Shown here piece after piece: positions 29,726-40,420 of a stretch of 64,000 nt of DNA (positions are counted from its first letter, which is position 1; each line of letters begins with the position of its first letter). The notes under the pieces are model-generated. The model was given only the letters and a program-made list of their open reading frames with translations, was not told where the DNA came from and did no database searches. The position numbers and the translations under genes were made by a program. The DNA comes from an uncultured virus (IMG/VR IMGVR_UViG_3300004686_000002) (taxonomy: Duplodnaviria > Heunggongvirae > Uroviricota > Caudoviricetes): positions 62,001 through 126,000 of IMG/VR virus record IMGVR_UViG_3300004686_000002. One strand, 5' to 3'.

Positions 29726-30921
29726 TATTTTATGCGGTTAGCCTCTTCGAATTGTCCCTTAGAGCGAAGCAGGTTCCTTTTCCACTCTTTGATTTTCTCT
29801 TTACCGTAAACTTGGTTCTGTAGACCTTTAAGTGCGGCATGTAAACCAAGACCGCCAGCAGCTATTCCACCTCCAACAACAGCACCGGGACCAAGTCTAC
29901 GGATTAATTTAGCTGCTCTGGAGCGTCCGAATTGATTCCTAACTAAGTCCTCTCCAAGTAAACCTGCCTCACCTTGCTGTTTATTCAAGGCATCCTCAAA
30001 TATGGCGTTTATAAGTGCCGGGCTTTTGTGTTCTTCGGGAAGATTGCCAATCACGGAATTAACAAAATCTCTAATAGGTTGGTGTTTTGAGGGCAATAAC
30101 TCATTTAAAAAATTGTAAACATGCTTATTCTTGTTTGCTAGTTCTGATGTGAGTACCCTCTCTCTAAGCTTATCACCAACTCCAGAAAAGATAGGGGCTT
30201 TGAGATTTTTTCCTCCATCCCTGAGCCCTTTATGAATTTCGGCGTACTCTCCCAAAATATTGTGCTCTTTTGTACCTACTAAGTTTTTTAAAAAGTTCTT
30301 TTTTTCTTCAGGAGAGGTTAATGCATTGTATTGCGCCTCATAACCTGACTTTCCTCCAGAAACCATGTCCATAAACTTAAGTCTTTTTGTTATAGGATCA
30401 TGTTCTCCGGCTCCTGCAGAGATCACATCTTCTGGATTTAACGAACCAAACATCTGCAAAACGTGAGGGTCCGTAACTCTACCCGGATGCTTTCCTTCCA
30501 TCGGGCTAAGTTTGTTAAGCATGCTCTGCGCGGGGTCAGAGCGACGGCTGTCATACGCGCTGATTAATTTTTTAAGCTGGCGGGCCTGGTTAATCCCATT
30601 TGCTGCCGGTACGCCTAAAGCGGTGGCAGTACCTAATGCTCCAGAACTAGCTAATAAATCAGAAATAGTTGCCTGCGCTGGATGTTTGTCATAAAAAGTC
30701 TCTGCCTTATTGCTTTTAAGTCCTGTGAGGTACTCAAGGCCTACCATGCCTCTACGCACATCATCTTTTAACTTGTTGATTCTTTCGGCATCAAACTTAT
30801 TCTTAGCTTCTGGAATATTCTGTAAATTTAAAAGAGGGGATACCGCCCTATATAGCTCCGAATTTCCGTCAGTAGCGGGATTATTTAATTCTTGTTGAAA
30901 ATTTGTGAGTTCGTTGGGCAT
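29725..30921 (-). CDS. Putative internal virion protein with Gly-zipper segments
   Basis: 398 aa; GPGAVVGGGIAAGGLGLHAAL. Confidence 0.55.
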   Translation of the reverse strand: MPNELTNFQQELNNPATDGNSELYRAVSPLLNLQNIPEAKNKFDAERINKLKDDVRRGMVGLEYLTGLKSNKAETFYDKHPAQATISDLLASSGALGTATALGVPAANGINQARQLKKLISAYDSRRSDPAQSMLNKLSPMEGKHPGRVTDPHVLQMFGSLNPEDVISAGAGEHDPITKRLKFMDMVSGGKSGYEAQYNALTSPEEKKNFLKNLVGTKEHNILGEYAEIHKGLRDGGKNLKAPIFSGVGDKLRERVLTSELANKNKHVYNFLNELLPSKHQPIRDFVNSVIGNLPEEHKSPALINAIFEDALNKQQGEAGLLGEDLVRNQFGRSRAAKLIRRLGPGAVVGGGIAAGGLGLHAALKGLQNQVYGKEKIKEWKRNLLRSKGQFEEANRIK

Positions 30922-30925
30922 GGTT

Positions 30926-31486
30926 TTAGCTGGCTAAAAGGGTTTTATCTGCTTGTAATGCTCTTGAGATTCTTTCTATATTCTCTGGGTCGTTCAATTT
31001 TTGAAAGCTGGAAACGTTTTGTTTTTTTGCCTCGTAGGCGGGTAAGCCTGTGAGAAGCCCCCCTGCGATAGCTCCACCCAATCCTAAAGATACCGGTAAT
31101 TTTCTACGTAGTGCATTTAAAATTGTGGATTTACCTGGGCGGTTTAAAAAACCGCCCGTTAAATGTCCTGCTGTGCCACCGAGAAGTGCTCCGGGTATGG
31201 AGTGAGAAATTCCCGACAATATCCCCTGGTTGTGGGGCTCTTGCCCAAGGCTCGCGTCTCTAGCATTTAAAATTGCTTGGTTGTAATTTGATGAAGTGAA
31301 TCCAGAAGGATCATTGTACCCAGGAGAGTAACCCGCCCTTCTGAGGGCAATTCTTATCTTGGCTAAATCTTGCTCACTTAAGTTATCTGCATAAGCAGAC
31401 TTAATAAAATCGACTATATTTTCTTCGGGAAGTCCTGAAGAATTTGCTGCCTTTATAAATCCAGAGATAAAGCTATTGGTATTCAT
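30926..31486 (-). CDS. Putative internal virion protein with Gly-zipper segments
   Basis: SFISGFIKAANSSGL, FIKSA, two Gly-rich hydrophobic segments. Confidence 0.6.
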   Translation of the reverse strand: MNTNSFISGFIKAANSSGLPEENIVDFIKSAYADNLSEQDLAKIRIALRRAGYSPGYNDPSGFTSSNYNQAILNARDASLGQEPHNQGILSGISHSIPGALLGGTAGHLTGGFLNRPGKSTILNALRRKLPVSLGLGGAIAGGLLTGLPAYEAKKQNVSSFQKLNDPENIERISRALQADKTLLAS

Positions 31487-31493
31487 TATATCC

Positions 31494-31973
31494 TTATTGG
31501 TTAATGCTGGGCTGCTGTGTTTGTTGCGGAGTTAGAAGACCCTCTACTCCAGCACCTATACCTCCACCCAGTACGCTACCACCAAGTTGTCCTAATTGAG
31601 AGGCTAGCTCACCGGCGGGGGCAACAGGATAATAATACTGGTGGCCTGCTAGTTCAGCGGGATTTACTTTTGTGGATAAAGAACGTAATACAGAGTCTAT
31701 TTTGTTCGTTGCCCAACCTGGAGGTTTTGGAATTGTGCCTAATTCTCCGGGTACTATTGCCCTAGCGGCTAACCTTTTAGCCAGTGCTCTTTCGGCCCAA
31801 GAACCTATGGCTGGAGCTAGATATTTACCTGCCAGTGTTGCACCCCTTAAACCTCCATAGAGGGTTCCAAGCAATGGCAATAAAAATGCGCCTTTCTCTA
31901 AATCATATTCAGCGCGTTTATTCATATAACCGCGAGCAAAGGCCGCCTTAATTCTAGGATCTTCTAAATTCAT
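31494..31973 (-). CDS. Putative internal virion protein with Gly-zipper segments
   Basis: AFARGYMNKRA, EKGA then LLPLLGTLYGG; GGSVLGGGIGAGV. Confidence 0.6.
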   Translation of the reverse strand: MNLEDPRIKAAFARGYMNKRAEYDLEKGAFLLPLLGTLYGGLRGATLAGKYLAPAIGSWAERALAKRLAARAIVPGELGTIPKPPGWATNKIDSVLRSLSTKVNPAELAGHQYYYPVAPAGELASQLGQLGGSVLGGGIGAGVEGLLTPQQTQQPSINQ

Positions 31974-32341
31974 AAATTAAAAAGATATTCTCCGGTAAAA
32001 TTGTCTGTGTTGCTTCTTAGTGAGCTTAATGCAGCTGTATAATTAGCAACAATCGCAGTTTGATATGCCACGGCCTTAATCTGGGTGTCAGTATTAAATG
32101 GAGCAGAGGTAGAGTCAAATGTTTGAGTGTAAGGTAAACCAGAGATAATGCCGATATACTGATTGGGTAGGGTATATTGATCCGGTGAAGTTCCGAAAGT
32201 TCCGCCTACGTTTATTGTGGGTTCGCCAAATTTAGAAATTAAGTCTAGATCGCTTTGAGATATTTTTGACTTGTCCACAGAAAATGTGAGACTCCAAACG
32301 TCGTTCTCGATAGCCCTGGTAACTTGAAGAATTAAGCTCAT
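31970..32341 (-). CDS. Hypothetical structural protein
   Basis: 123 aa, ATGA overlap with the next gene. Confidence 0.55.
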   Translation of the reverse strand: MSLILQVTRAIENDVWSLTFSVDKSKISQSDLDLISKFGEPTINVGGTFGTSPDQYTLPNQYIGIISGLPYTQTFDSTSAPFNTDTQIKAVAYQTAIVANYTAALSSLRSNTDNFTGEYLFNL

Positions 32342-32353
32342 ATGATTTATATT

Positions 32354-33784
32354 TTAAAACTTTGTGCTATCTAGATTACCACGTAAATAGTTCTCAGACA
32401 CGATTTTTCTTTTCATGAGATCCATGTCCAGTTTTGTTAACTGGTCTGCATCATGGGGAGCGATCGCCTGAGAAGCCACCGCCTGCCTTAGCATTGCACG
32501 TAAAACTTCTTTCTCTTTGGAGACTTGCGGAGAAAGCCTTAAAATCTGTTCATAGGCTCTTGCCACTTTTTGTGGATTTGCTCTGGACAATATGGGATCA
32601 GTTAATAGCAATTCCTGGAAAATAAGCTGCCTCTCCATATTTTCAAGAGTAACATTTCCAGCATTACCTACAGAAGAGCGTCTTTTATTTACATGCCCAG
32701 CCAATTCATGATGAAGGTTGTGCTCTTCTAAGGCCTTCGCACCACCCACTAAATTAGCTAAAGAAAAAAGATTAAGTCCACCGGTAAAGGCTTCCTTTTT
32801 AAGTTCAGCCTGTTTTTTAATTCTATCTAAAACAGGATCTCTCTCCTCATCCTTCTTATCTTCTGAAGTCGGCTTATTTTTTTTTTTAACTTTAACTTCA
32901 GGAGACTCTTCGCTTTGTTTTGCGAGAGTTCCATTACCCGCCACAAGCTTGCCTATCTCAGAATAATATTCTTTTTCAAAACTATAATTCTCTTCAGCTG
33001 TCTTGAGGTTTTGCTCCACCTCTCCTAAATAAGTGGCAGCCTTCATAAAAGAATCAAACATGCCTAATTCACGAGAAGGCTCAAACATTTGATATTTTGC
33101 ATCATGCACACCTCTTTCCTCTGAAATTCCTGCGGTCTTGTAGATCAAATCTAGGTAAGGTAACGCATTTTCTCCATGCTTACTAAATACCTGAGATTCA
33201 AATTCCTCAAAAGGTAATCTGTACCCGCTATCCTTACGGAAATGATCTGCCAGCTTCGAAAATTGCTGGTTGAGTGAAATCTCTGCCCCTACTTTTTCTG
33301 TTTTTTGATTATCGAGGTCTTGTTCTAAGTCCTTCAAAAGATTTGCAGCTTTCTGAAAAGCTCCGCGCATGGTCAGGCTGTAGGGCTCGTTAGAGGCCTC
33401 GGCATTAACAATTTCAAGATATGCTTGTTTATACCTTGGATTGTTTAAAGCTCTGTTGAAATTAAACACTTCTTCGTTAGTTTCAGAAGCAGGAAAATGT
33501 TCGGAAATATATTCGTTTGCCGTTTTTTCTGATGTAGAAAAAATTTCTTTAATCGTGCCTGGAATGTCCGCAATAGGAAATTGAGAAGACCTGTCGGAAG
33601 CCTTTTTGAAATGATTGTAGTGCAATGCCACATTAAGAGCCTCTCCTACTCTATGAATATAGTTTGGATTTAAATCCAAGTCAGTAGCCACCTTCTTAAG
33701 GGCTTGTGTAGGATTTACGCCAGTGTTTACTTGTTGTACCACTTCGGCTAATGCAATTTTTACGAGAGAGTTGGGTTGTTCCAT
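32354..33784 (-). CDS. Putative internal head protein, KxA-rich
   Basis: 476 aa; VKIA, KKVA, KKAS, EKTA, YKTA, LKTA, KKQA, KKEA. Confidence 0.6.
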   Translation of the reverse strand: MEQPNSLVKIALAEVVQQVNTGVNPTQALKKVATDLDLNPNYIHRVGEALNVALHYNHFKKASDRSSQFPIADIPGTIKEIFSTSEKTANEYISEHFPASETNEEVFNFNRALNNPRYKQAYLEIVNAEASNEPYSLTMRGAFQKAANLLKDLEQDLDNQKTEKVGAEISLNQQFSKLADHFRKDSGYRLPFEEFESQVFSKHGENALPYLDLIYKTAGISEERGVHDAKYQMFEPSRELGMFDSFMKAATYLGEVEQNLKTAEENYSFEKEYYSEIGKLVAGNGTLAKQSEESPEVKVKKKNKPTSEDKKDEERDPVLDRIKKQAELKKEAFTGGLNLFSLANLVGGAKALEEHNLHHELAGHVNKRRSSVGNAGNVTLENMERQLIFQELLLTDPILSRANPQKVARAYEQILRLSPQVSKEKEVLRAMLRQAVASQAIAPHDADQLTKLDMDLMKRKIVSENYLRGNLDSTKF

Positions 33785-33812
33785 AGCTTTATCCTTAATT
33801 TATAACAGGTTT

Positions 33813-34898
33813 TTAAAAAGAATTCAATTCCGTAATTGGCTTATATTCTGGAAGTGAATTTTCCTTTAACGCCAAAGTACCTATTAACTTTAACGCTTCT
33901 TGGTCTGTAGAGTCAATCATTCCTGCATCTTGGCTATTATCATTAACAATTCTAACAGTACTAGCATCCAGATTTCTAACCTTAGCTCTGTAGTAATTGA
34001 CTTCTTCTTTCTTTATATAGAATGAAGCTAAGTTATTAATAACTCCATTGAAATTAATGGCATCTTTCATATCAGTAACAGCAAAATTAAGGTTTAATAC
34101 GTTCTCTAGCATAGAATCACCCAAATAATTTTCAACCTTACGTTTTTGTTCCTCGTCAAGAGTATGATAATTTGCCTGAGCCTTTAAGCCTACCTCTCCT
34201 AACTCAGATATAAGTTTATAATATCTTTTATCTAAATCAGAAATAATGTCATTGTCAACCAGTTGGGTAAAATAAGCTGATTGCGCTGTTACCTCTCTAG
34301 GTGCCGAAGTAAAATCGAAAAATAAGTTCCTTATTGCTTCTATTTGCTTAGGATACATTTTAAATCTTTTGGCGATTTCGTGATCTGAAATATTAGCAAA
34401 AATATGATACCCTATGGCCCTAAAAATATGTTCATGCTCTGGGGACATTTTTAAGCCCACCGCAAACTGAATATAGTGATCAAATTTAATATTTGATATG
34501 TGATACAATAGCTTTTTTAAAAAAACATCAGAAATGCTGTCTACGTACTTAATGTTCCATATTGGATTTTTGCCCTCGTAAGTCCTGCAAAAAATCTTTT
34601 TATCTCCTCCCTTTTTTAATTTAGAGTTAAAAAGTTTATAAAATGTTTCTCTATTTTTCCAACTTAATTTGTTTATTACATTTTGAAAACGTGTAGGAAA
34701 AGAATAATTAACTTCTACATTATCTTTAACTCCGGGATAATTCGCATATCTTCTCAGTGCGTTAGCTCCATCCGCAGGTTTGCGACAGCACCATATAAGA
34801 TTCGCCTTTCCTGGATTTAAGTATATTTGATACCTCCAGTTGGGAAAGTTATAAAAAGAACCTATTCTATTTATTGGAATAATTCCTTTACGCTTCAT
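33813..34898 (-). CDS. Hypothetical protein with possible HTH; start probably at MKRKG (34898)
   Basis: ISDHEIAKRFKMYPKQIEAIRNLFFD; the later start removes the overlap with the upstream gene. Confidence 0.5.
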   Translation of the reverse strand: MKRKGIIPINRIGSFYNFPNWRYQIYLNPGKANLIWCCRKPADGANALRRYANYPGVKDNVEVNYSFPTRFQNVINKLSWKNRETFYKLFNSKLKKGGDKKIFCRTYEGKNPIWNIKYVDSISDVFLKKLLYHISNIKFDHYIQFAVGLKMSPEHEHIFRAIGYHIFANISDHEIAKRFKMYPKQIEAIRNLFFDFTSAPREVTAQSAYFTQLVDNDIISDLDKRYYKLISELGEVGLKAQANYHTLDEEQKRKVENYLGDSMLENVLNLNFAVTDMKDAINFNGVINNLASFYIKKEEVNYYRAKVRNLDASTVRIVNDNSQDAGMIDSTDQEALKLIGTLALKENSLPEYKPITELNSF

Positions 34899-34911
34899 GT
34901 TGTGTGGGATC

Positions 34912-35880
34912 TCAAGATGGCTGTGTTGACTGTGAATCGTTATTTCGTGAAGATAGATAGCCTGCACCTAAACCAATACCAGTACCAATTAAACTGTTTC
35001 TTAAAAGCCCTGTTCTAGCTGCACGGATAAAAGGATATGAAAGCTTTCGCCAGTTAGGGTAATTTATTCCAACAAGTCCAGGTTCTACCTGCTGTATCCT
35101 AGTACCTAATATTCTTTTTATTGCCTCTCTTGCAGGCCCTAAGAATGTTGCAGCTCCTCCGGCTCCCGCTCCCACAACACCAGCTAATGCCGGTCCAGCA
35201 TAATTGTTATTACTATTTGAACTTACTAGTGCAGATAGTTCTCCTCCGGGCAGTGCGGTAGCGTAAGGATGGTTTTGTAAAATAGCTGAAGCAGAAGACA
35301 GCTCCATATCGTTTGGCTTAGATTCACTAGAAATTATTGGTGTAGCTGCTCCTGCAGCTCCTGCCAGTAATGCATTGGTTTTTGCATCTCCCCAGGCATG
35401 CGAAACAAGTCTATTACGGTAGGCTGGATTATTTATAGCTCTATCTAAATTTCTACCTAATTGAAAGGGACTGCGTAATTCTCCCCATCTATTGATAGGT
35501 AGTCTAGGTCCCAATATTCTAGCACCTGCCCCAACTAAAAAACCTGCAGGAAGACCCACCAAACCTAACTTAAGCGCATTTTCAACTGCCTGCCTAGCTA
35601 CGTTTTTCTTATTTCCCTGCGAATGTTTTATTCTTTCAACCGCAGCAGATATTTGATTCGCTCTGGTATTAGGGTCAGGAGAGATTGTAGCTAAACTAGG
35701 AGCTAGCTCTTTTAAGTAAGGCACAGCTCCCTGCATACTTGAGGGAAGATCCTCTGCCACATCAGTAAAGCTATATTTACCAGGCTGCTGATAATAAATA
35801 TTATCCCTAAGTACTTTTAGGGCTAAATATTTTTTAAGCAGACTATCCTTTTCAGGGGATGTATTAGAATTCGAGGGCAT
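34912..35880 (-). CDS. Putative internal virion protein with several Gly-zipper segments
   Basis: LGLVGLPAGFLVGAG, LAGVVGAGAGGAATFLG, LIGTGIGLGAGYL. Confidence 0.6.
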   Translation of the reverse strand: MPSNSNTSPEKDSLLKKYLALKVLRDNIYYQQPGKYSFTDVAEDLPSSMQGAVPYLKELAPSLATISPDPNTRANQISAAVERIKHSQGNKKNVARQAVENALKLGLVGLPAGFLVGAGARILGPRLPINRWGELRSPFQLGRNLDRAINNPAYRNRLVSHAWGDAKTNALLAGAAGAATPIISSESKPNDMELSSASAILQNHPYATALPGGELSALVSSNSNNNYAGPALAGVVGAGAGGAATFLGPAREAIKRILGTRIQQVEPGLVGINYPNWRKLSYPFIRAARTGLLRNSLIGTGIGLGAGYLSSRNNDSQSTQPS

Positions 35881-38155
35881 CTTCCTTACCCATGTTGATG
35901 TTTAATTCTGGGGATTTACGCTTAAGGAAGATGACTAATTCTCCAAGATTTTTAAATACATTAGTGACCAACTCTGAGAGCTGGGGGAGGTCATTTCTTC
36001 CGTACATCTCCACAAATTTATCAGTATCCCAGTTAAGAAGGAAAATAATTCTGCCCAGTCTATCCATACCTTCTATTAACGACGGAATGTATTCTGTGAT
36101 CTTGTCGCTGACACCTACATATTTAGCCAATGTGGCCATGGTCTGAACGTCGAATATTTCTTTCTGTCCGTTCTGAGCCATCTGGGCGGCCTGGTTTACA
36201 TATTTAGGATCAATCTTGTTCTTAGGGCTGGACGGGTCCACTCCTTCAACTTCCGGCATCACCGTTAAACCTAAGGCTGTAGGATCTCCTGTGTAGCGAA
36301 TGTCTGCAGGGAGTCGACTCTCTTGACCAACTCCAACATATGTCGGCTGTCCCACCTGGTTGGTGTACGGCGCTTCCTCGTAAGGGATGGGATAATAGTC
36401 TCCTGTATAAGCAATTTTTACATGTCCTGAAATTGCCTTGGAGGGAGTGAGATTATCAATAACTTCACAAGCCTGCTTGAAGTCTAATCCAACTTCAGTA
36501 ACCATGGCAATCTTGGCCTTCATTGGATTGTCATACTTTTTCTTCGCTCCGGCAATATCGCTAAAGTACTCACTGCCGTTTGTTCTTACAGTCATCGGGA
36601 AAATATTATTCCTAGTAAGAAACGAATTTAATGCCCATACACCGCCCGGCCTATTCTCTAAATACTTTTCGTGAGCTTTGGCTCTCTCGGCTTGAGCTTT
36701 ATCTGCTTCACTTTTATCTTTATTTGAGGCATCTAAAGAAACATATGGAGCTTCAACACCACAATAACCATATTCATTCATTGGGTGGAACTTCACCTCT
36801 AAAAGCTTATAACCTGAAGGTACATATACCGTGTGCCCATGATAATCAAGCCCACCATTAGGTTTCTTGGTCATTACGAGCAATATCTCTTTGGCTTTTC
36901 TGGGATGTCTATAATAGTTTCCACGAGGAAGATTATGAACACTGCCGGGCCTATCTGTCATTCCATGATTATGATCTTGATACTCATAACCGGTCTTAGG
37001 ATCCTCGTGAATAGAAAACGGCTCTACACTAATTCTTCTGATCCCTTGCGCATCTTTAAAGTTAGCATTAATTCTAAATGGCTGAGTAGCCTGCATTTGC
37101 TCGTTAATAAGAACATAAACCGAAGTATAGCTAGGACGAGCTTCAGCGGGATCCACCATCATCTTGTGGACTAAAGAATAGTCTGCGACTTTGAGTTGAT
37201 CTTTAACAAAAACCATCTTAGTGTCTGCCACATAAGCGGTTCCTTTGTCTTCAGCATCAAGGTTGATAATTATCGCATCATCCGTGGCAAAATCTTGTTG
37301 AAGCTGCTTAGGACGAACAAGGATTAAACCGTAGTTAATATTTCCTGTTGTTGTGATATATGGATAAAAGCCAGACTCTACAGGATTTTGGAATGTCTTT
37401 ACATAATCAACAGCGCCAAACTTAGATTTTTTATCTACAGGACGTTTGTCAATTATTATAAATCCCTGAGTCATAACGTCTTTTCTTTGCTTTTCATCAA
37501 GCTTCAAGACCTCAGGTTTTTGGTCTTTCATCACCACCTTAACATCATTTCCCTCTCTATATTTGTCACCATCTTCTGTTTCTACAACAGCTTCTGCAAC
37601 TTTCTCTATAGGATAGAAGCGTAGTACAGACTCGCAAAAGTCTGCGTCCTTCTCTAAAAGCTCTGTGAATGCTCTCTTTGTTTTATTATCAGAATCCTTT
37701 ACGTAATCTATGCAAGAGGCTATGGTGTACTTACCTGTACGAGGAGGAATAGTCATCTGGCGATAGTCGCCTTGAGTCATATCCTGTAGAACCTTCTGTC
37801 TTGGTTCTTTTGCTACGGCACCCAAATTAGTGGTTTCGTCTTTTAAGAATAACTCAGCAAAGTCTTCATCCAGAGGATAAAACTGCTCGTTATTTTTAGA
37901 ATAAAGAAGATCGAGATTCTTTACTTTACCGTCCACGAAGAAAGCAGGTACATAAAGGATTTGTCCTCCATGAGAGCGAAATCCAAAAACACCAAGAGCC
38001 TTGGTGTTGTCCTCGTTCTTTTTTACGATCTCAAAGCCTATTAAAAACGGAAGAAGATTCTTCAAACTGTCCTGAAGCTTGTTATAGGCAAGCTGAAAAA
38101 ATGACTGCTCTAATGAATCGTCGCCCGCCTTTTTTGTTTTAGAAAAATTTGCCAT
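35864..38155 (-). CDS. Large hypothetical virion protein
   Basis: 763 aa next to the RNAP beta' gene; KKAG, EKVA, VKIA motifs; has its own promoter. Confidence 0.6.
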   Translation of the reverse strand: MANFSKTKKAGDDSLEQSFFQLAYNKLQDSLKNLLPFLIGFEIVKKNEDNTKALGVFGFRSHGGQILYVPAFFVDGKVKNLDLLYSKNNEQFYPLDEDFAELFLKDETTNLGAVAKEPRQKVLQDMTQGDYRQMTIPPRTGKYTIASCIDYVKDSDNKTKRAFTELLEKDADFCESVLRFYPIEKVAEAVVETEDGDKYREGNDVKVVMKDQKPEVLKLDEKQRKDVMTQGFIIIDKRPVDKKSKFGAVDYVKTFQNPVESGFYPYITTTGNINYGLILVRPKQLQQDFATDDAIIINLDAEDKGTAYVADTKMVFVKDQLKVADYSLVHKMMVDPAEARPSYTSVYVLINEQMQATQPFRINANFKDAQGIRRISVEPFSIHEDPKTGYEYQDHNHGMTDRPGSVHNLPRGNYYRHPRKAKEILLVMTKKPNGGLDYHGHTVYVPSGYKLLEVKFHPMNEYGYCGVEAPYVSLDASNKDKSEADKAQAERAKAHEKYLENRPGGVWALNSFLTRNNIFPMTVRTNGSEYFSDIAGAKKKYDNPMKAKIAMVTEVGLDFKQACEVIDNLTPSKAISGHVKIAYTGDYYPIPYEEAPYTNQVGQPTYVGVGQESRLPADIRYTGDPTALGLTVMPEVEGVDPSSPKNKIDPKYVNQAAQMAQNGQKEIFDVQTMATLAKYVGVSDKITEYIPSLIEGMDRLGRIIFLLNWDTDKFVEMYGRNDLPQLSELVTNVFKNLGELVIFLKRKSPELNINMGKEDALEF

Positions 38156-38183
38156 AATTATATAATCCCAGAATTTATAAACA

Positions 38184-38212
38184 ATATTACGTATTTTTTA
38201 ACCTACATGCAA
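38184..38212 (-). promoter_or_regulatory. Sigma70-like promoter
   Basis: TTGCAT-N17-TAATAT. Confidence 0.6.
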
Positions 38213-38229
38213 GCTTCTAAATAGCTTAA

Positions 38230-40092
38230 CTACTCTTTGAAATTTGTGTGTTCGCCAAATCCTACACCATGAGCAATGCCAGGAATAGGGCTAGGTCCTC
38301 TAATGTCAGAAGAAGCTCCTTCGTTCACGGCATTACTAAAACGCTTTGCTAGATTTGTACTATAGAGCACATGCATAAAGTCATCTACGTGCTCAGGTAC
38401 GTCTAATAGTCTAACCATGTGAGGTTCAAAATTGGGGGGATCGTCATTAACCTCAACAGATTCTATTCCATGCTCTGTTAAATTTTTAATAACCGACGAA
38501 GATATTCTTGTACCTATTGTATAATGTAAAGCAGGCTTTTCCAAATATTTACCGTAGGCTAAGTCTGATCTTAAAATTTTACTGTTAGGTCTAGGTACAT
38601 AATTCTTCTCAAGTGCGGCGTATGAAACAATTTGATCGGGTAGAAAGTCACCAAGCCCGTCATTATCATTTATTTTTACGTGATCTATGGCGGACCTGGC
38701 GATCAATTCAAAGTTTCTTCTATTTACTCCCAGGTTACCCTCATCAAAAGCCTTTTTCATTGCTTGAGCATAATAGCTTCTTCCCTCACCTATACCTTTG
38801 TATCTTACAACCTCGCTAGGATCAACTAGTCCCGAACTTAGCACATCCCCTTGTTCAACTTTATCTCCAACCTTAACATAAGGCTCTTGCCCTACACCTA
38901 TATAATACTCTGTATCATTTATTTTTATAAAATATCCACCGGCGGCAGCATGTTGAACATTTGTAACAATTCCATCTTCTTGAGCGAGTGGAGCCTTGTT
39001 TAAAAATGTCTTTGGAATATTGGCTAGCTGATTAATCATCTTGAACCCTGTGACCCCACCTAAAGATGTGGCGGCTCCTCCTCCGTGTCTCAGTTTCATC
39101 GCGTACTCGGTCAAGGGTTCGCTGACTGCGGTACCCGCCACTAAACCAATATAACTATCAGGGGCCGCCAGCCCCTTTTCTCTTCTGCCTACACATAATT
39201 GGCAAACGGCTCCAAAGTGACTGTTGTTACTTGCCTTGCAAGTCATGGGCGAGCGTATCAAAATTTTATCAATTCCATGACTTTTCAAGTCATTTAACAT
39301 CTTAGCAGTAACTTCATTATTACGCTTATACTCTCCTGCGGGTTGTGCAAGATAAGCACCAACAGAATCTTTATCTGAGGTAGGTACACTTATTCCGCTT
39401 GTGGTTCCGCAATCATGTTCTGTAACTTGTAGATTCATCAGGGCTCTGGAGAACTGCTTAGAGCTGTATCCACCCTGAGCCACACCAATCTTTTTAACAA
39501 CCTCACCAGAACGAGTACCAAAAGATGTGACTAAATATTCTGGAAGAGATAATCCTTCGGCAAAAGAGCTCTTAACGGGGATATCCATCTTAGGGTTACC
39601 TTCCGCATCCACTACAATTCCCTGAGTTGCGATAGTTGATCTATATTGTGCAGGAGATCCTCTAGACCCTGCTAAAATAATCTTAGCCAAAGACTTATTA
39701 TTCTTAAGTCCCTCATCAAGAATAGTTTTGTTGGTTTCTTCCATCAAAGAATTATATTTATCAAAAATTCTTTGATTCTTGATGTGCTCTGGGTCTTTAG
39801 AGCTTTTTACCTTTTCCTGGAACTCATCGAACTTATCATAAATTTCTTTAGTATTAACAGGAGAAACAAGATCTTTAAGAGTGATGGATGTTCCTTGCCT
39901 AGTGGCTACTTCAAATCCAAGCCTAGTAAGATCTGAAGCAATTTTACTATAATTCTCCGGCTCCTGCTTTACCAGCTCACTAAAAAGGTTAGAGATTCCC
40001 TTTTTATCGAGAATCTGCCCATCTATCATGTGGTGTAAGTGTCTAGGAGTATACTCCTTTAAAAGTATTCTCCCTACCGTGGTAACAGGCAT
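38230..40092 (-). CDS. RNA polymerase beta' subunit, C-terminal part (rpoC-like)
   Basis: TTVGRIL, GSRGS, SSFAEGLSLPEY, bridge-helix-like GTRSG...GY, DCGT/RSPMTC/CQLC Zn site, trigger loop SEPLTEYAMKLRHGGG. Confidence 0.92.
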   Translation of the reverse strand: MPVTTVGRILLKEYTPRHLHHMIDGQILDKKGISNLFSELVKQEPENYSKIASDLTRLGFEVATRQGTSITLKDLVSPVNTKEIYDKFDEFQEKVKSSKDPEHIKNQRIFDKYNSLMEETNKTILDEGLKNNKSLAKIILAGSRGSPAQYRSTIATQGIVVDAEGNPKMDIPVKSSFAEGLSLPEYLVTSFGTRSGEVVKKIGVAQGGYSSKQFSRALMNLQVTEHDCGTTSGISVPTSDKDSVGAYLAQPAGEYKRNNEVTAKMLNDLKSHGIDKILIRSPMTCKASNNSHFGAVCQLCVGRREKGLAAPDSYIGLVAGTAVSEPLTEYAMKLRHGGGAATSLGGVTGFKMINQLANIPKTFLNKAPLAQEDGIVTNVQHAAAGGYFIKINDTEYYIGVGQEPYVKVGDKVEQGDVLSSGLVDPSEVVRYKGIGEGRSYYAQAMKKAFDEGNLGVNRRNFELIARSAIDHVKINDNDGLGDFLPDQIVSYAALEKNYVPRPNSKILRSDLAYGKYLEKPALHYTIGTRISSSVIKNLTEHGIESVEVNDDPPNFEPHMVRLLDVPEHVDDFMHVLYSTNLAKRFSNAVNEGASSDIRGPSPIPGIAHGVGFGEHTNFKE

Positions 40093-40093
40093 A

Positions 40094-40420
40094 TTATTTT
40101 TTGCTGGTTATTTTATCTAACAAATCTTTTACAGGAGAGGCTACTTTTAATTTATCCTTATCTATTTGATTTAATGCCTCTAAGTCCTGAAAAGCTCCAT
40201 GCATTAATTTTCCCTCTAAATTATCATGGGCCTTATCTTGTTCTGATGTATCTAAATCTCCAGTATGCTCGTCCGTACTTTCTTCTGAGTTAATGACTCC
40301 TGCTGATTGCACTGCCTGCATATCCGCAAGTTTTTCTCGAATATAACAAGCATAGTCAAAATTTGCATCTTCTGGAGTGAAGCTGTCCAAATAATTGCTA
40401 ACTTTTTCTAAGGAGCTCAT
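40094..40420 (-). CDS. Small acidic KxA-motif protein
   Basis: LEKVS, EKLA, LKVAS. Confidence 0.55.
   Translation of the reverse strand: MSSLEKVSNYLDSFTPEDANFDYACYIREKLADMQAVQSAGVINSEESTDEHTGDLDTSEQDKAHDNLEGKLMHGAFQDLEALNQIDKDKLKVASPVKDLLDKITSKK

Noticed and set aside
32354..38155. Portal or terminase large subunit among the large head-region ORFs
   Set aside because: No Walker A/B, RNase H-like or recognisable portal pattern. These genes are probably outside the window.
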